Positions 27,017-37,228 are shown, numbered from the stretch's first letter. The stretch: 64,000 bases of DNA from Candidatus Lustribacter sp. (GCA_965277805.1 OZ255842.1:2976001-3040000); one strand, 5' to 3'. Notes: generated by a model from the sequence alone, not told the origin. Numbers and translations: made by a program.

Positions 27017-27605
27017 ACCACACCGTCCAGAGCGCCAGCAAACCCATGATGCCGTAGCCGACGAACGGGCTAACCAGCAGATACGTTTTGATCGGCAGCG
27101 CGAACACGAGCACGCAGGCGACGGCAGTGGCGGCCAGCAGGCCGAATCCCCACACCAGCGTCATGAACGTCATCGTGCGGCGAAAAGACACGTTGTCTTT
27201 GAGGTTCACCAGTTCGGCTGCCGCGGCGGACGATTGCCGCGCCGCGCCGGCCACCGCGAGCTGATAGATGACCGGTTTGCCGATCGCCGCCGAGCCGAGG
27301 AACACGAGCCCGATCGCACCGGTGACGAGGTTCTCGCGCAACTGCAAAAACTTCACCGAACCGCCGCCGATGAACGCCACGAGCGAGAGCGCGATCCCGA
27401 GCAGCACGAACAGCGAGACCGCATCGACGCGCCGCTTGCGCGCGAACTCGGCCAGGCTCCACAGGATCGGCGGCGCCGACGATGCGAGCAGCGCGCGCAC
27501 GTCGCCGTAGCGCGGCTGCAGCAGGCTGTACACGCCGTACGGTAACGCGACGTTGACGACGATCTCAACGAGAAAGCCGCCGCCGTGTTTGCGGACCGCA
27601 TTCAC
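26970..27605 (-). CDS. Membrane protein (VC0807-like)
   Basis: NVALPYGVY, LRENLVTG, FLGS..GKP and MTLVWG; GTGA overlap at 27605. Confidence 0.7.
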   Translation of the reverse strand: MNAVRKHGGGFLVEIVVNVALPYGVYSLLQPRYGDVRALLASSAPPILWSLAEFARKRRVDAVSLFVLLGIALSLVAFIGGGSVKFLQLRENLVTGAIGLVFLGSAAIGKPVIYQLAVAGAARQSSAAAAELVNLKDNVSFRRTMTFMTLVWGFGLLAATAVACVLVFALPIKTYLLVSPFVGYGIMGLLALWTVWFSRRARARGRARASS

Positions 27606-29293
27606 GGCAGTTCGGCTTCGGTCATCCCATAGTCGCGCAGCGCTGCCGCGCGCGTCACGTAGCCGTTCTGCACGTCTTCCGCCACGGTTGCCCGCGGGCG
27701 TTCGTGCGGATCGCCGTAACCGCCGCCGCCGCCGCTTTCGATCACCAGCACGTCGCCCGGCTTGAGCGGCTCGCCCTCGAGTTTGCCGTTGCCGTTCGAG
27801 AACGATTCGCCGCCGGCGCGTTCGAGATGCACGCGGTTGGGCAGCGCTTCGCTCCCGCCGTTGAGTCCCCACGGCGCGCACTTGGTGCGCTCGACGTGAA
27901 CGTTCGTGCGCATCGGCGCTGCCGCGCGCACGCGCAGCTCCAACCCAAGTCCGCCGCGTCGTTCGCCCGGGCCGCCGGAGTCGGGCCGCAGCGCGTACCG
28001 CTCGATCACGATCGGGTTCTTGGCCTCCAGCGCCTCGAGCACCGCATTGTGCGTGTCGCCGTCGTTGATGCACACGACCGCGCTCATGCCGTCGCCGCCG
28101 GCCGTTGCGCCCCAGCCGCCGCCGGGCGGATTCGTCGATCCGACGTAAAAGCGGCCGGTGCGCGGGTTGATCCCGTACATCGTGCCGACGCAGAGATCGG
28201 CGTGGTGACCGGCCGCCACGCGCTCCGGAATCGCCGGCGCGAGCGCGCGGAAGATCGTATCGACAACGGTCATCGGAATCGTCATCCACCAGCGCATCGC
28301 CGCGGGTTTGGTGGCGCTGACCACGCGCCCGGGCGGCAAGATGATGTCGAGATTACGAAACGCGCCGTCGTTGATCGGGTACTGCGTCGGCGTCGTGACG
28401 CATTTGAACGCGACTTGCGCGGCCGACCGCCCCGCCGTCGCACCGGAGTTAAAGTAGCCTTGCACTTGCGGGCTGACGTCGCTCAGATCGATCGTCATCC
28501 GGTCGCCCGCGACGATCACCTTCACCTTGATCGGAATGCGCGCGTCGGTGATGCCGTCGTCGTCCATGTACGATTCGGCTTCGTAGGTGCCGTCGGGAAT
28601 GGCGGCCACGGAGGCCCGCGCGAGGCGTTCGGTCAGCGCGTAGACCCCGGCGATGCTGCCGTTCACCGCGGCCAGTCCGTACTTGTTCAAGAGCGCGCCG
28701 TAGCGCTGTTCGCCGGTGCGGATCGCCGCGATCTGCGCGCGGAAATCACCCATGGCGAGTTCGGGCACGCGCACGTTGGTGCGGATGATCCGCGTCAGCT
28801 CGTCGTCCTGAACGCCGCGCTTGAAGATCTTGACGATCGGCAGCTGCAGGCCTTCGGAGTAGATGTCTTGCGTGCGCGCGCCGAGCGTGCCGCCGATGTC
28901 GATCCAGTGCGCCATCGACGACGAGAACGCCACGATCTTGCCTTCGTGAAAGATCGGCACCGTGAAGATCATGTGATTGAGATGGCTGCCCATGATGTAG
29001 GCATCGTTGGTCAGCAAGATGTCGCCCGGTTCGATGCCGTCGCGGCCGTAGAACTCGAGTTTCGCCTTGATCGCATCCGAGAGGCCCCGGATGAACATCG
29101 GCAAGCCGAGGCCGATCGACACCGTGTCGCCGTTGGCATCGAAGAGCCCGACCGTGTAATCGAGCGCTTCGTAGATGATCGGGTTATAGGCGGTCCGCAT
29201 GAGATTGGTCTTCATCTCATCGGTGATTGCGATCAGCGCGTTGCGGATGATCTCGGCGGTAATGGGGTCGTGGTCGTTGCGCGCGGTCGTCAT
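27602..29293 (-). CDS. Hydantoinase B / 5-oxoprolinase subunit
   Basis: RTAYNPIIYE, ND..GSHLN, HWIDIGG, DSGGPG..RGG and GGGGYGDP motifs. Confidence 0.92.
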   Translation of the reverse strand: MTTARNDHDPITAEIIRNALIAITDEMKTNLMRTAYNPIIYEALDYTVGLFDANGDTVSIGLGLPMFIRGLSDAIKAKLEFYGRDGIEPGDILLTNDAYIMGSHLNHMIFTVPIFHEGKIVAFSSSMAHWIDIGGTLGARTQDIYSEGLQLPIVKIFKRGVQDDELTRIIRTNVRVPELAMGDFRAQIAAIRTGEQRYGALLNKYGLAAVNGSIAGVYALTERLARASVAAIPDGTYEAESYMDDDGITDARIPIKVKVIVAGDRMTIDLSDVSPQVQGYFNSGATAGRSAAQVAFKCVTTPTQYPINDGAFRNLDIILPPGRVVSATKPAAMRWWMTIPMTVVDTIFRALAPAIPERVAAGHHADLCVGTMYGINPRTGRFYVGSTNPPGGGWGATAGGDGMSAVVCINDGDTHNAVLEALEAKNPIVIERYALRPDSGGPGERRGGLGLELRVRAAAPMRTNVHVERTKCAPWGLNGGSEALPNRVHLERAGGESFSNGNGKLEGEPLKPGDVLVIESGGGGGYGDPHERPRATVAEDVQNGYVTRAAALRDYGMTEAELP

Positions 29294-31344
29294 GCGTCCA
29301 CCGTGAGGATCATGTGGCCGGAAGATTGTACGTCGACGCGCACGTTGGGCGGGATGACGGTGGCCGAACCGTCTTCCTGTACGATCGCCGGGCCGTCGAA
29401 TGAATCGCCGCCGAGCAGGTGCTGCCGGTCGTAGACCTGCGCTTCGATCTCGGTGCGCGGATCGAAGCGTACGCGCCGCTTGCCGATCAGCGCCTTTTCT
29501 CCCGGGATGCCGTTGCCGTCAGCCAGCCCCGCCAGCACGGGTTTGCTGAGCCGGCCGACGATCGAGACGCGCGCCGCGATGATCTCCGCCGGCTCTTCCG
29601 GCGCGTTGTGGCTGTACCGTAACTGGTGCGCTGCGTCGAAGGCGCTCTTCACGGCTGCGTGAGCGCTTCCCGGCGCGAGCGGAATCGTCACCGAGTAGTT
29701 CTGGCCGACGTACCGCACGTCGATCGCGTGCTCGAGCAGCGTGTGTTCGCTCGGCACGCCGGCCGAGCGCAGCCAGGCCGACGCTTCGGTTTCCAGTGTC
29801 TTGAAGAATTCGGTCGTGCCGCGCAAGCCCTCATCGGTCAACGGCGCGCGATAAGTTTGCGCGTACTCGCGCCGCAGGTCGGCCGTGAGCATGCCGTAGG
29901 CCGAGAACGTGCCCGGCGCTTGCGGAATCACGACCGTGCGGATCGCCAACTCGCGCGCCACGTCGACGGCGTGCAGCGGCCCCGCTCCGCCGTAGGCGAT
30001 CAAGGCGAAATCGCGCGGATCGAGCCCGCGCTCGGTCGTCACCGCTCGTACCGCGTTCGCCATGGCAGCCGTCGCGATCGCCACGATGCCGCCGGCGGCC
30101 AGCGGCACGTCCAGACCAAGCGGCGCCGCGATGTGCTCCTGCACTGCGCGCGTTGCGGCGCCGACGTCGAGCGCCATACGGCCGCCGAGAAATCGTTCCG
30201 CCGCGAGATGTCCGAGCAGCAGATGCGCGTCGGTGACGGTCGGCAGCGTGCCGCCGTTGCCGTACGCCGCCGGCCCCGGACTCGCGCCCGCGCTTTCCGG
30301 GCCCACGTGCAAACCGCCGGCTTCATCGACCGACGCGATGCTGCCGCCGCCGGTGCCGATCTCCTTGATGTCGAGCACCGGAATGCGGATCGCCAGACCT
30401 TCGTTGTAGCCGCCGATGAAGTAATCGCTCGAAAGCGCGGCCGCGCCGGCTTGCAAAACGCACGCCTTAGCGGTTGTGCCACCCATGTCGAAGCAAATCA
30501 CGTTCTCGAGCCCCATAACCGCGCTAACCGCCTGTGAGGCCACTACACCGCCGGCCGGTCCCGACTCGAGCATCTGAATGCATTGCTCGCGCGCGGTTCC
30601 GACGTCGCACAATCCGCCGCTGGATTGCATGATCAAAAGGTTACCGTTGAAGCCGTCATCCGCGAGATGCTTTTCGAGGCGAGCGAGATACGTGCTGACG
30701 CGCGGGCCGACGTAGGCGTTGGCGGCGACGGTCGAGGTCCGTTCGTACTCGCGCTGTTCGCGCGAGACGTGGTGCGACGCCGTAATGAACGCATCGGGTA
30801 GCGCCTCGCGCAGCAGCTCGACCATGCGCTGCTCGTGCGCGACGTTGACGTAGGAGTGCAAGAACAGCACCGCCACCGCCTCGATGTCCTGCGCCTTGAC
30901 GGCTTGCGCCACGCTGCGCGCATCGGCTTCATCGATCGGCTTCTCCACCGATCCGTCGTAGAGCATCCGCTCCGCGACTTCGAACCGCAGCGCGCGCGGG
31001 ATCAGCGGCACGTGCTTGCGGAAGGCGAGGTTGAACGAATCGGGCCGGTTGACGCGCCCGATCTCGTACACGTCGCGAAAGCCCTGCGTCGTGACCAGGG
31101 CGGTCTTCGCGCCCTTGCGCTCGAGGATCGCGTTGATCGCGACGGTCGAGCCGTGAATGATGAACTCCGCATCGCGCGGCGGCCGGCCGGTTACGCCGAT
31201 CGCATCGAGGATGCCGCGCACGAGATCGTCGGGCGTGCTCAAGGACTTGCCGAAGGTCACCGAACCGTCGCTCGTATCCATCACGGTCACGTCGGTAAAC
31301 GTGCCGCCGATGTCGACGCCGATCCGGAGGGCTTTACCGCTCAC
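29290..31344 (-). CDS. Hydantoinase A / 5-oxoprolinase ATP-binding subunit
   Basis: DIGGTFTD, SGPAGG, DMGGTT, GGGSIA, GPESAG and YGGAGPLH motifs. Confidence 0.93.
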   Translation of the reverse strand: MSGKALRIGVDIGGTFTDVTVMDTSDGSVTFGKSLSTPDDLVRGILDAIGVTGRPPRDAEFIIHGSTVAINAILERKGAKTALVTTQGFRDVYEIGRVNRPDSFNLAFRKHVPLIPRALRFEVAERMLYDGSVEKPIDEADARSVAQAVKAQDIEAVAVLFLHSYVNVAHEQRMVELLREALPDAFITASHHVSREQREYERTSTVAANAYVGPRVSTYLARLEKHLADDGFNGNLLIMQSSGGLCDVGTAREQCIQMLESGPAGGVVASQAVSAVMGLENVICFDMGGTTAKACVLQAGAAALSSDYFIGGYNEGLAIRIPVLDIKEIGTGGGSIASVDEAGGLHVGPESAGASPGPAAYGNGGTLPTVTDAHLLLGHLAAERFLGGRMALDVGAATRAVQEHIAAPLGLDVPLAAGGIVAIATAAMANAVRAVTTERGLDPRDFALIAYGGAGPLHAVDVARELAIRTVVIPQAPGTFSAYGMLTADLRREYAQTYRAPLTDEGLRGTTEFFKTLETEASAWLRSAGVPSEHTLLEHAIDVRYVGQNYSVTIPLAPGSAHAAVKSAFDAAHQLRYSHNAPEEPAEIIAARVSIVGRLSKPVLAGLADGNGIPGEKALIGKRRVRFDPRTEIEAQVYDRQHLLGGDSFDGPAIVQEDGSATVIPPNVRVDVQSSGHMILTVDA

Positions 31345-31640
31345 GAACAGCGATGGGTGGAGAGAAAGTCGCGCAGCCAGCCGTTCCAGGCAGCTTCGAT
31401 CGCGGCCTCGGCATCCGGCGCCGGGCGCGTGACGATGCGCAAGTCGGCGTCGGCAAGATGAATATCGGGAGCGGGTTTGGTGACGATGATGATCTCTCCA
31501 CGTTCGACGAGCCGCTCCAGCGCGGCGGCGAATTCCACGGGGTCGCGCTGCGGCGAAATCCCGTATTGCACTTCGGTCACAAACAGCGCGGTTTCCGAAC
31601 GGCGTTCGAAGACGTCGACGATCGCCTCTTCCGCAGTCAT
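31341..31640 (-). CDS. Hypothetical 99-aa protein ending WLRDFLSTHRCS
   Basis: Fills the gap between the binding protein and hydantoinase A; GTGA coupling to hydantoinase A. Confidence 0.7.
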   Translation of the reverse strand: MTAEEAIVDVFERRSETALFVTEVQYGISPQRDPVEFAAALERLVERGEIIIVTKPAPDIHLADADLRIVTRPAPDAEAAIEAAWNGWLRDFLSTHRCS

Positions 31641-31647
31641 GCGCAGC

Positions 31648-32589
31648 CTACCGGTAGAAATACTCGGGCGCAGGAAACGTTTTCGGCAACACGCCGTACT
31701 TCGCGGCCACGTCGATGACCGGCTGGTAATCCGAAACGAGCAGCGTCTCGGCGAATTGCCCATGCTTGATCCGGTCGACGACAGCCTGCGGAAGCTTGGT
31801 GTATTTCGCCAGGATGACTCCGGCCGCGGCGGGATTGGCGTTGGCCCATTGCGCCGTCTCTTTGATCGCGGCGATGAATTTTGCGGCCGCCGCCGGATTT
31901 TTTGCCGCCCAGTCCTTGGTCGTGAAGAATCCCGAGAGGATGTAGCGCGGCGCGATGGCGTTCTTGTCCATAAATATCGCGCGCAGCCCCTTGTCGGCAC
32001 CGAAGGTGATGAAGGGCTCGCCGGTTACGGCGGCGTCGACCTTGCCGGCCGAAACGGCATCGTTCTCGTTGAAGATCGGAACTTCGATCCACTTGACGGT
32101 TTTCGAGTCGCCGCCGTTCTTATCGATCCACGCTTCGACCGGCAGCATCGTGATGTTGTTGATCCCGTTGACGGCGATCGTCTTGCCGTTGAGGTCCTTC
32201 GCGTCGTGGATCGGGCCCGTACCGTTGACCAGAATCGCGAGCGTGGGCGCCGCGTAGCTGTTGAGCAACGCGGGCGCGAGATAGATCAAGGGCAAGCCGC
32301 GCTCGTGCGCGTTCGAAATCGAGACGGTGTCGGCGAAGCCGGCATCGAGCGATCCGCCGGTGACGGCCGCCGCGATCGCGGCGCCGTTCTGCATGATCTG
32401 CAGGTCGACGTCCAGGCCCTGTTTCTTGAAGAAGCCCATGTCGAGCGCGTAGAACGCCTCGGCCGCCGCTTCCACCGTGATGACGCCTAAGCGAATCGTC
32501 GCCGGCGAGGCCGGGCTGCTCTGAGCCGAGGCCCCAAAAGGAACCAGCGCGAGGCAGACGGCCAGCAGGGTTACCGCAAACAAACGCAT
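31648..32589 (-). CDS. ABC substrate-binding protein, NitT/TauT family
   Basis: Signal peptide; GFFKKQGLDV and DLNGKTIAV motifs. Confidence 0.85.
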   Translation of the reverse strand: MRLFAVTLLAVCLALVPFGASAQSSPASPATIRLGVITVEAAAEAFYALDMGFFKKQGLDVDLQIMQNGAAIAAAVTGGSLDAGFADTVSISNAHERGLPLIYLAPALLNSYAAPTLAILVNGTGPIHDAKDLNGKTIAVNGINNITMLPVEAWIDKNGGDSKTVKWIEVPIFNENDAVSAGKVDAAVTGEPFITFGADKGLRAIFMDKNAIAPRYILSGFFTTKDWAAKNPAAAAKFIAAIKETAQWANANPAAAGVILAKYTKLPQAVVDRIKHGQFAETLLVSDYQPVIDVAAKYGVLPKTFPAPEYFYR

Positions 32590-32628
32590 TTCAAGAGGAT
32601 GCGTTAGTCCGTGGCATTTTCCTCGCCC

Positions 32629-33516
32629 CTAGCGCAAAAGGCGGAAGGCGGTCAGGATCTTGGCGCTGAGCGGGACGAATGCGCGGCGGCTGAAGACGTC
32701 GTAGCGGTTGGATTCGATCGCGTCGAGGATGCCGCGGTAGAGGTGCAGCGCTAGGCGCACGGCGTAGCGGCTGTCGGGCTGCAGCAGCGCGATGCCGGGT
32801 TCGGCTTCGCGATAGAGCGCGCGGGCCCGTTCGATCTCAAACCGCATCAGCGCGACGAATCGCGCGTCGACCGCCCCGGCGAACAGGTCGTCCTCGCAGT
32901 AGCCGAAGCGGTGCAGATCTTCGGCCGGCAGGTAGATGCGGCCCAATTGCGCGTCTTCGCCGACGTCGCGTAGGATGTTGGTCAGCTGCATCGCCTGACC
33001 CAGCAGGACGGCATACCGCGGAGCCTCATCATCGAGCGCGCCGAGAATCGGCGTCACCAGCACGCCGACGGTCGAGGCGACGAGGTAGCAGTAGCCGGCG
33101 AGTTCGCGGTAGGTTGCGTAGCGGTTGACGGTGACGTCCATGCGCGCCCCGCGCAGCAGATCGAGTGCGGCGTGCAGCGGCATATCGAAGCGTGCGGCCG
33201 CGTCGGCAAGGGCGATGAAGACCGGCGTGCTCGCGCGGCCCCCATAGGCTGCGTGCAGCTGCAATTCCCACGCGTTGATCGCATCCAGACGGCCGCCGGG
33301 ACTCGTATTGCGGTCGACGATGTCGTCGGCCGTGCGGCAGAACGCGTAGACGGCCCACACCGCGCGGCGTTTTTCATATGGCAAGAAGCGCGAGCTGAGG
33401 TAGAACGACTTTGACTTGAGGCGCGCGATCTCACCGCAATGCGCGTAGCAGCCGTCGAGCGTGAGGGCGCCCTCGATTTCCGGCGGCGCCGCCGTCAGCG
33501 CGTTATCGCGGAGCAT
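32629..33516 (-). CDS. crtB: Phytoene synthase
   Basis: SKSFY, YAFCRTADDIVD, YCYLVASTVG and QLTNILRDVGED..GRIYLP motifs; next to a desaturase. Confidence 0.85.
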   Translation of the reverse strand: MLRDNALTAAPPEIEGALTLDGCYAHCGEIARLKSKSFYLSSRFLPYEKRRAVWAVYAFCRTADDIVDRNTSPGGRLDAINAWELQLHAAYGGRASTPVFIALADAAARFDMPLHAALDLLRGARMDVTVNRYATYRELAGYCYLVASTVGVLVTPILGALDDEAPRYAVLLGQAMQLTNILRDVGEDAQLGRIYLPAEDLHRFGYCEDDLFAGAVDARFVALMRFEIERARALYREAEPGIALLQPDSRYAVRLALHLYRGILDAIESNRYDVFSRRAFVPLSAKILTAFRLLR

Positions 33517-34924
33517 GCGTGCGCGCGAGTACGGCGTCGGCGACAGCGCGCGCGCTGCGCATTGCGCCTTCGATGCTGGCGGGGAAACGGTGGTTGGTGT
33601 AGCAGCCGGCGAGAAACAGGTTCGCGACCGGCGTGCGCGAGCCGGGACGCAGCTTCTCGGCGCCGGGACTCGCGCGGTACACGCTCTTGGGCACGCGCAC
33701 GAGTTTCGCTTTGACCAGCGTCTCGTTCGTCGCGAGCGGATAGAGCTTCGTCATGTCGGCGAGCACCCGCGCGATCACGGTGTCGTCGTCAAGCGCCATC
33801 AGGTCGTCGGCCGGCGCGATGCACACTTCGAGGAACGACTTGCCCGGCCAGCCGCAGCCCGGCGACGCCTGACCCAAATCGGCGTGCACCGGCAGCAGCG
33901 TGCCGGCGCCGAAGATCAGGTTCGTGTGCGGCGAGATCGGGCGGTCGAACCAGAAGTGGCCGTTGATCACCGGCGATGACGTCAGCTTGCCGACGCCGTG
34001 TACGAGCGGATCGCGCAGCATTTCGGCGGGCAGCAGCTTCGCCGCGTCGTGCACCGGCGTCGCAAGGATCACGTTGTTGGCCTCGTAGGTGCGGCCGTCG
34101 TCCGTGCGCACGCCGCTGCAGACGCCGCCGGAGAACAGCAGCTCCGCAACGCGGGCGGTTCGTTCTATCCGCACGCCTTGCGCTTGCACGTGCGCGGCGA
34201 TCGGTTCGATGAGGCGTTCGTTCGGCGGTCCATCGAGAAAGCCGGCCCGGCTCGCATCGCGCGAGCTTGCGAAGTAGGCCATCACGCGCAGCATCGCTTC
34301 GGCGGAGATTGCCTCGACCGGCGTGAAGTTCAGCGCGAGCGCCATCGGTGCGAAGAACGTCCGCAGCATGTGATCGGACATCCCCCGCCGGCGGTGCCAC
34401 TCGGCGTACGTGATATCGTCCTGACGATCGGCGTACGCGTGATCGCCGACGAGAATCGGCAGCGTTCCGGCGGCGAAGAGTACTTTCTCCCAGGCGTTGA
34501 AGACGTAGCGCGCGTTGAGTACCGCGCCGATGCCGTTGAACGGCGAGGGCGCATCGACGAAGTGAAACGCCTCGAAAACGGGGTCGGCACCGACACGCTG
34601 CGAGAAACCCGGCGGCATGGCAAAGGTCAGCGTGTGCGGTTGCCAGCGGACGTGGTGCGAGATGCCGACGTCGCGCAGCAGCGCGTGCACGGTATCGTAG
34701 CCGCCGAAGAACGAGTGCAGCCCCGTCTCGAGCACGTCGCCGTCGCGGTCGCGCCACGACGAGAGCTTGCCGCCGAGCATGGGCCGTTTCTCGAGCACCA
34801 GCGCCGAGCGTCCGGCGTCGGCCAGGTACTTGGCGGCTGCTAGTCCTGCCGGGCCGCCTCCGACGATGATCGCATCCAGCGGCGCCGTCGGTCGGGGAGA
34901 ATCAAAAGCAACGTTCGCCTGCAT
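33503..34924 (-). CDS. crtP: CrtP/PDS-type phytoene desaturase
   Basis: GLAAAKYLADAG, LGGKLSSWRDRDGD..ETGLHSFFGGY, FFAPMALALNF and ASIEGAMRS motifs; start uncertain. Confidence 0.72.
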   Translation of the reverse strand: MQANVAFDSPRPTAPLDAIIVGGGPAGLAAAKYLADAGRSALVLEKRPMLGGKLSSWRDRDGDVLETGLHSFFGGYDTVHALLRDVGISHHVRWQPHTLTFAMPPGFSQRVGADPVFEAFHFVDAPSPFNGIGAVLNARYVFNAWEKVLFAAGTLPILVGDHAYADRQDDITYAEWHRRRGMSDHMLRTFFAPMALALNFTPVEAISAEAMLRVMAYFASSRDASRAGFLDGPPNERLIEPIAAHVQAQGVRIERTARVAELLFSGGVCSGVRTDDGRTYEANNVILATPVHDAAKLLPAEMLRDPLVHGVGKLTSSPVINGHFWFDRPISPHTNLIFGAGTLLPVHADLGQASPGCGWPGKSFLEVCIAPADDLMALDDDTVIARVLADMTKLYPLATNETLVKAKLVRVPKSVYRASPGAEKLRPGSRTPVANLFLAGCYTNHRFPASIEGAMRSARAVADAVLARTHAPR

Positions 34925-34943
34925 GCCGAACAGTTGCCTTTCC

Positions 34944-36029
34944 ATGTCAACAGCCATTTCCATCGGTCCCGAGACGAACATCCGCGAACTCGTCGGCGCG
35001 CTCCCCATCGCCGAGGACGTGCTGGTCCGCTTCGGCCTCCACTGTTCGGGCTGCGGCGTGAACAAATACGAGACGATCGCCCAAGGCGCCGCCGCGCACG
35101 GCCTGCGCGCCGAGCCCATCGTCGCCGCGCTGAGCCAAGCGCGGCTCTCGGGCCGGGTACCGACGATCAACAACGAGGATCTCGTCCCGCACCGGCGCGC
35201 GCCGGGCGAGTTCGCGCGGCGGGCACGTTTCGCGCACGTCATCCCGGTCATGTCGGGCAAAGGCGGCGTCGGCAAGTCGCTCGTCACCGGGCTGCTGGCG
35301 GTAGGCTTGCGGCGCGCCGGCAAACGGGTGGGCATCCTCGACGGCGACATCACCGGACCGTCGATCCCGCGCCTCTTCGGTTTGACCACGCCGCTCGGCA
35401 TCGAGAGCGACCCCAACACGCCGGCCGGCACGCAGCCGCGCCCGCTGATGACGCCGGCCGTCACGCGTTCGGCGATCGAGGTCGTCTCCGCGAACCTGCT
35501 CACCGACAAGGAAGACACGGCGATGATCTGGCGCGGCCCGATTCTCTCCGGTGTCATCCGCCAATTCTACGAGCAAGTGCTCTGGAGCGACTTGGACTAT
35601 CTTTTGATCGATCTGCCGCCGGGCACATCCGACGCGCCGCTGACGGTGCTGCAGTCGCTCGCCGTCGACGGCGTCGTGCTGGTGACGATGCCGCAAAAGC
35701 TCGCGACGATGATCGTGCGCAAGGCCGCGAACTTGATCCATCAGTTGAAGAAACCCATCCTCGGCGTGGTCGAGAACATGTCGTACTTCGTGGCGCCGGA
35801 TACCGGCGTGCGCTATGACGTCTTCGGGCCCTCGTACGCCGACTCGGTGGCCGAACTCGCGGGCGCGCCGATGCTCGGACGCCTCCCGATCAACCCGTAT
35901 CTGGTGGAAAAGGCCGATGCGGGTTTGGTGGAAGAAATCGACGATCCGATCGTCGACGAGCTGGCAGCCGCGCTCGAGCGCGCGGTCGCAGCAATGCCCA
36001 AAGTAAAAGAAACGATTTCGATCATTTGA
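34944..36029 (+). CDS. DUF1858-fused Mrp/NBP35 Fe-S carrier ATPase
   Basis: N-terminal FGLHCSGC..ETIAQGAAAHG; SGKGGVGKS, DITGPSIP, WRGP, DLPPGTSD and VENMS motifs. Confidence 0.85.
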   Translation: MSTAISIGPETNIRELVGALPIAEDVLVRFGLHCSGCGVNKYETIAQGAAAHGLRAEPIVAALSQARLSGRVPTINNEDLVPHRRAPGEFARRARFAHVIPVMSGKGGVGKSLVTGLLAVGLRRAGKRVGILDGDITGPSIPRLFGLTTPLGIESDPNTPAGTQPRPLMTPAVTRSAIEVVSANLLTDKEDTAMIWRGPILSGVIRQFYEQVLWSDLDYLLIDLPPGTSDAPLTVLQSLAVDGVVLVTMPQKLATMIVRKAANLIHQLKKPILGVVENMSYFVAPDTGVRYDVFGPSYADSVAELAGAPMLGRLPINPYLVEKADAGLVEEIDDPIVDELAAALERAVAAMPKVKETISII

Positions 36030-37228
36030 GCAACCGGGTTCCCTTCGCACGCTTCGCCCTCGGCATCGCCTCCGGGCTGACGATCGGCTATACCCTAGAG
36101 CGCGTCAGCGACATGCTGGCCGACCGCTCATCGCCCGCACCGGCGAAAGAGCGCGATCCCAAACGTTACGGCGATACGCGGCGCCTGTTGATGGTCGTCG
36201 GACACGCGCGCGCCGCGGCTGCCGGCGCAATGTGGGCGTTCGGTCTGTCCGACGTGTTCGAGCGCGCGCTCAAGTGGGTTCCACTTCCGCTGCGCTTGCC
36301 GGTGTTCGTCGGGCTAATCACCGCGATCGAAACCGCGCGCGATTGGCCGATCGAATACATCGAAGAGTATCAGCTCGAACGGATTTTCGGAAACAGCGAA
36401 CGCACGCCGGAAGCATGGGCCAACGACCGTCTCAAAGCGACGCTCGTCGGCGGCGGCGTCGGCATGGTGCTCGCCGGCGTCGCCGGCACGATCATGCGCC
36501 GCGCGCCCAAGCGCTGGCCATGGATCGCGATCGCCGGGACGCCCGCACTGATGGCGTTTGCGAACGTCGTTGCGCCCACGTTCATCATGCCGCTGTTCAA
36601 CAAGTACATTCCGCTCGAAGGGCGGCTCGAGCAGAAAATTCGCGAACTCGCCGCGCGCTACGGCGTCGGCGGCGCCACGATCTTGCGCTTCGACATGAGC
36701 CGGCAAACGAAGAAAGCCAACGCCTTCGTGACCGGCGTGTTCGGCACCGAGCGAATCGCGATCGCCGACACCCTGCTCGATGAATTCGAAGAAGACGAAA
36801 CGCTCTTCGTCGTCGCCCACGAACTCGGCCACTACGTCAAACGCGACCCATGGGTGGCGATCGCGCTCGGAACCGGACTCATCGCGCTGCCGCTCTTGAT
36901 CGGCAACGCCGTCGTGCGGCGCAGCACGGGCCGCGACGCCGGTGACATCGGCACCTCGATGCGCTTGGGCTTCTACCTCTCCATCGGCCAGCTCGCAGCG
37001 CTCCCGATCGCCAACGCGTTCTCGCGCATGATCGAGCGCCGCGCCGACCGCTTCGCCGTCGCCGCCACAAACGACCCGGCCAGCGGAGCGCGCGCTTTCC
37101 GTCGCCTGCGCGATCAGAACCTCGCCGAAGACGAAGGCCCGAAGTGGGCGGAAGTCCTGTTCTCCTCCCACCCCTCCCTCGGCTCCCGCATCGCCGCCCT
37201 AGAAAAAACCCCAACCAACTTGTCATAG
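36026..37228 (+). CDS. M48 family zinc metalloprotease (Ste24-like)
   Basis: PLFNKY, ANAFVTG, HELGH, ERRAD and SHP motifs; TTGA overlap. Confidence 0.9.
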   Translation: MSNRVPFARFALGIASGLTIGYTLERVSDMLADRSSPAPAKERDPKRYGDTRRLLMVVGHARAAAAGAMWAFGLSDVFERALKWVPLPLRLPVFVGLITAIETARDWPIEYIEEYQLERIFGNSERTPEAWANDRLKATLVGGGVGMVLAGVAGTIMRRAPKRWPWIAIAGTPALMAFANVVAPTFIMPLFNKYIPLEGRLEQKIRELAARYGVGGATILRFDMSRQTKKANAFVTGVFGTERIAIADTLLDEFEEDETLFVVAHELGHYVKRDPWVAIALGTGLIALPLLIGNAVVRRSTGRDAGDIGTSMRLGFYLSIGQLAALPIANAFSRMIERRADRFAVAATNDPASGARAFRRLRDQNLAEDEGPKWAEVLFSSHPSLGSRIAALEKTPTNLS

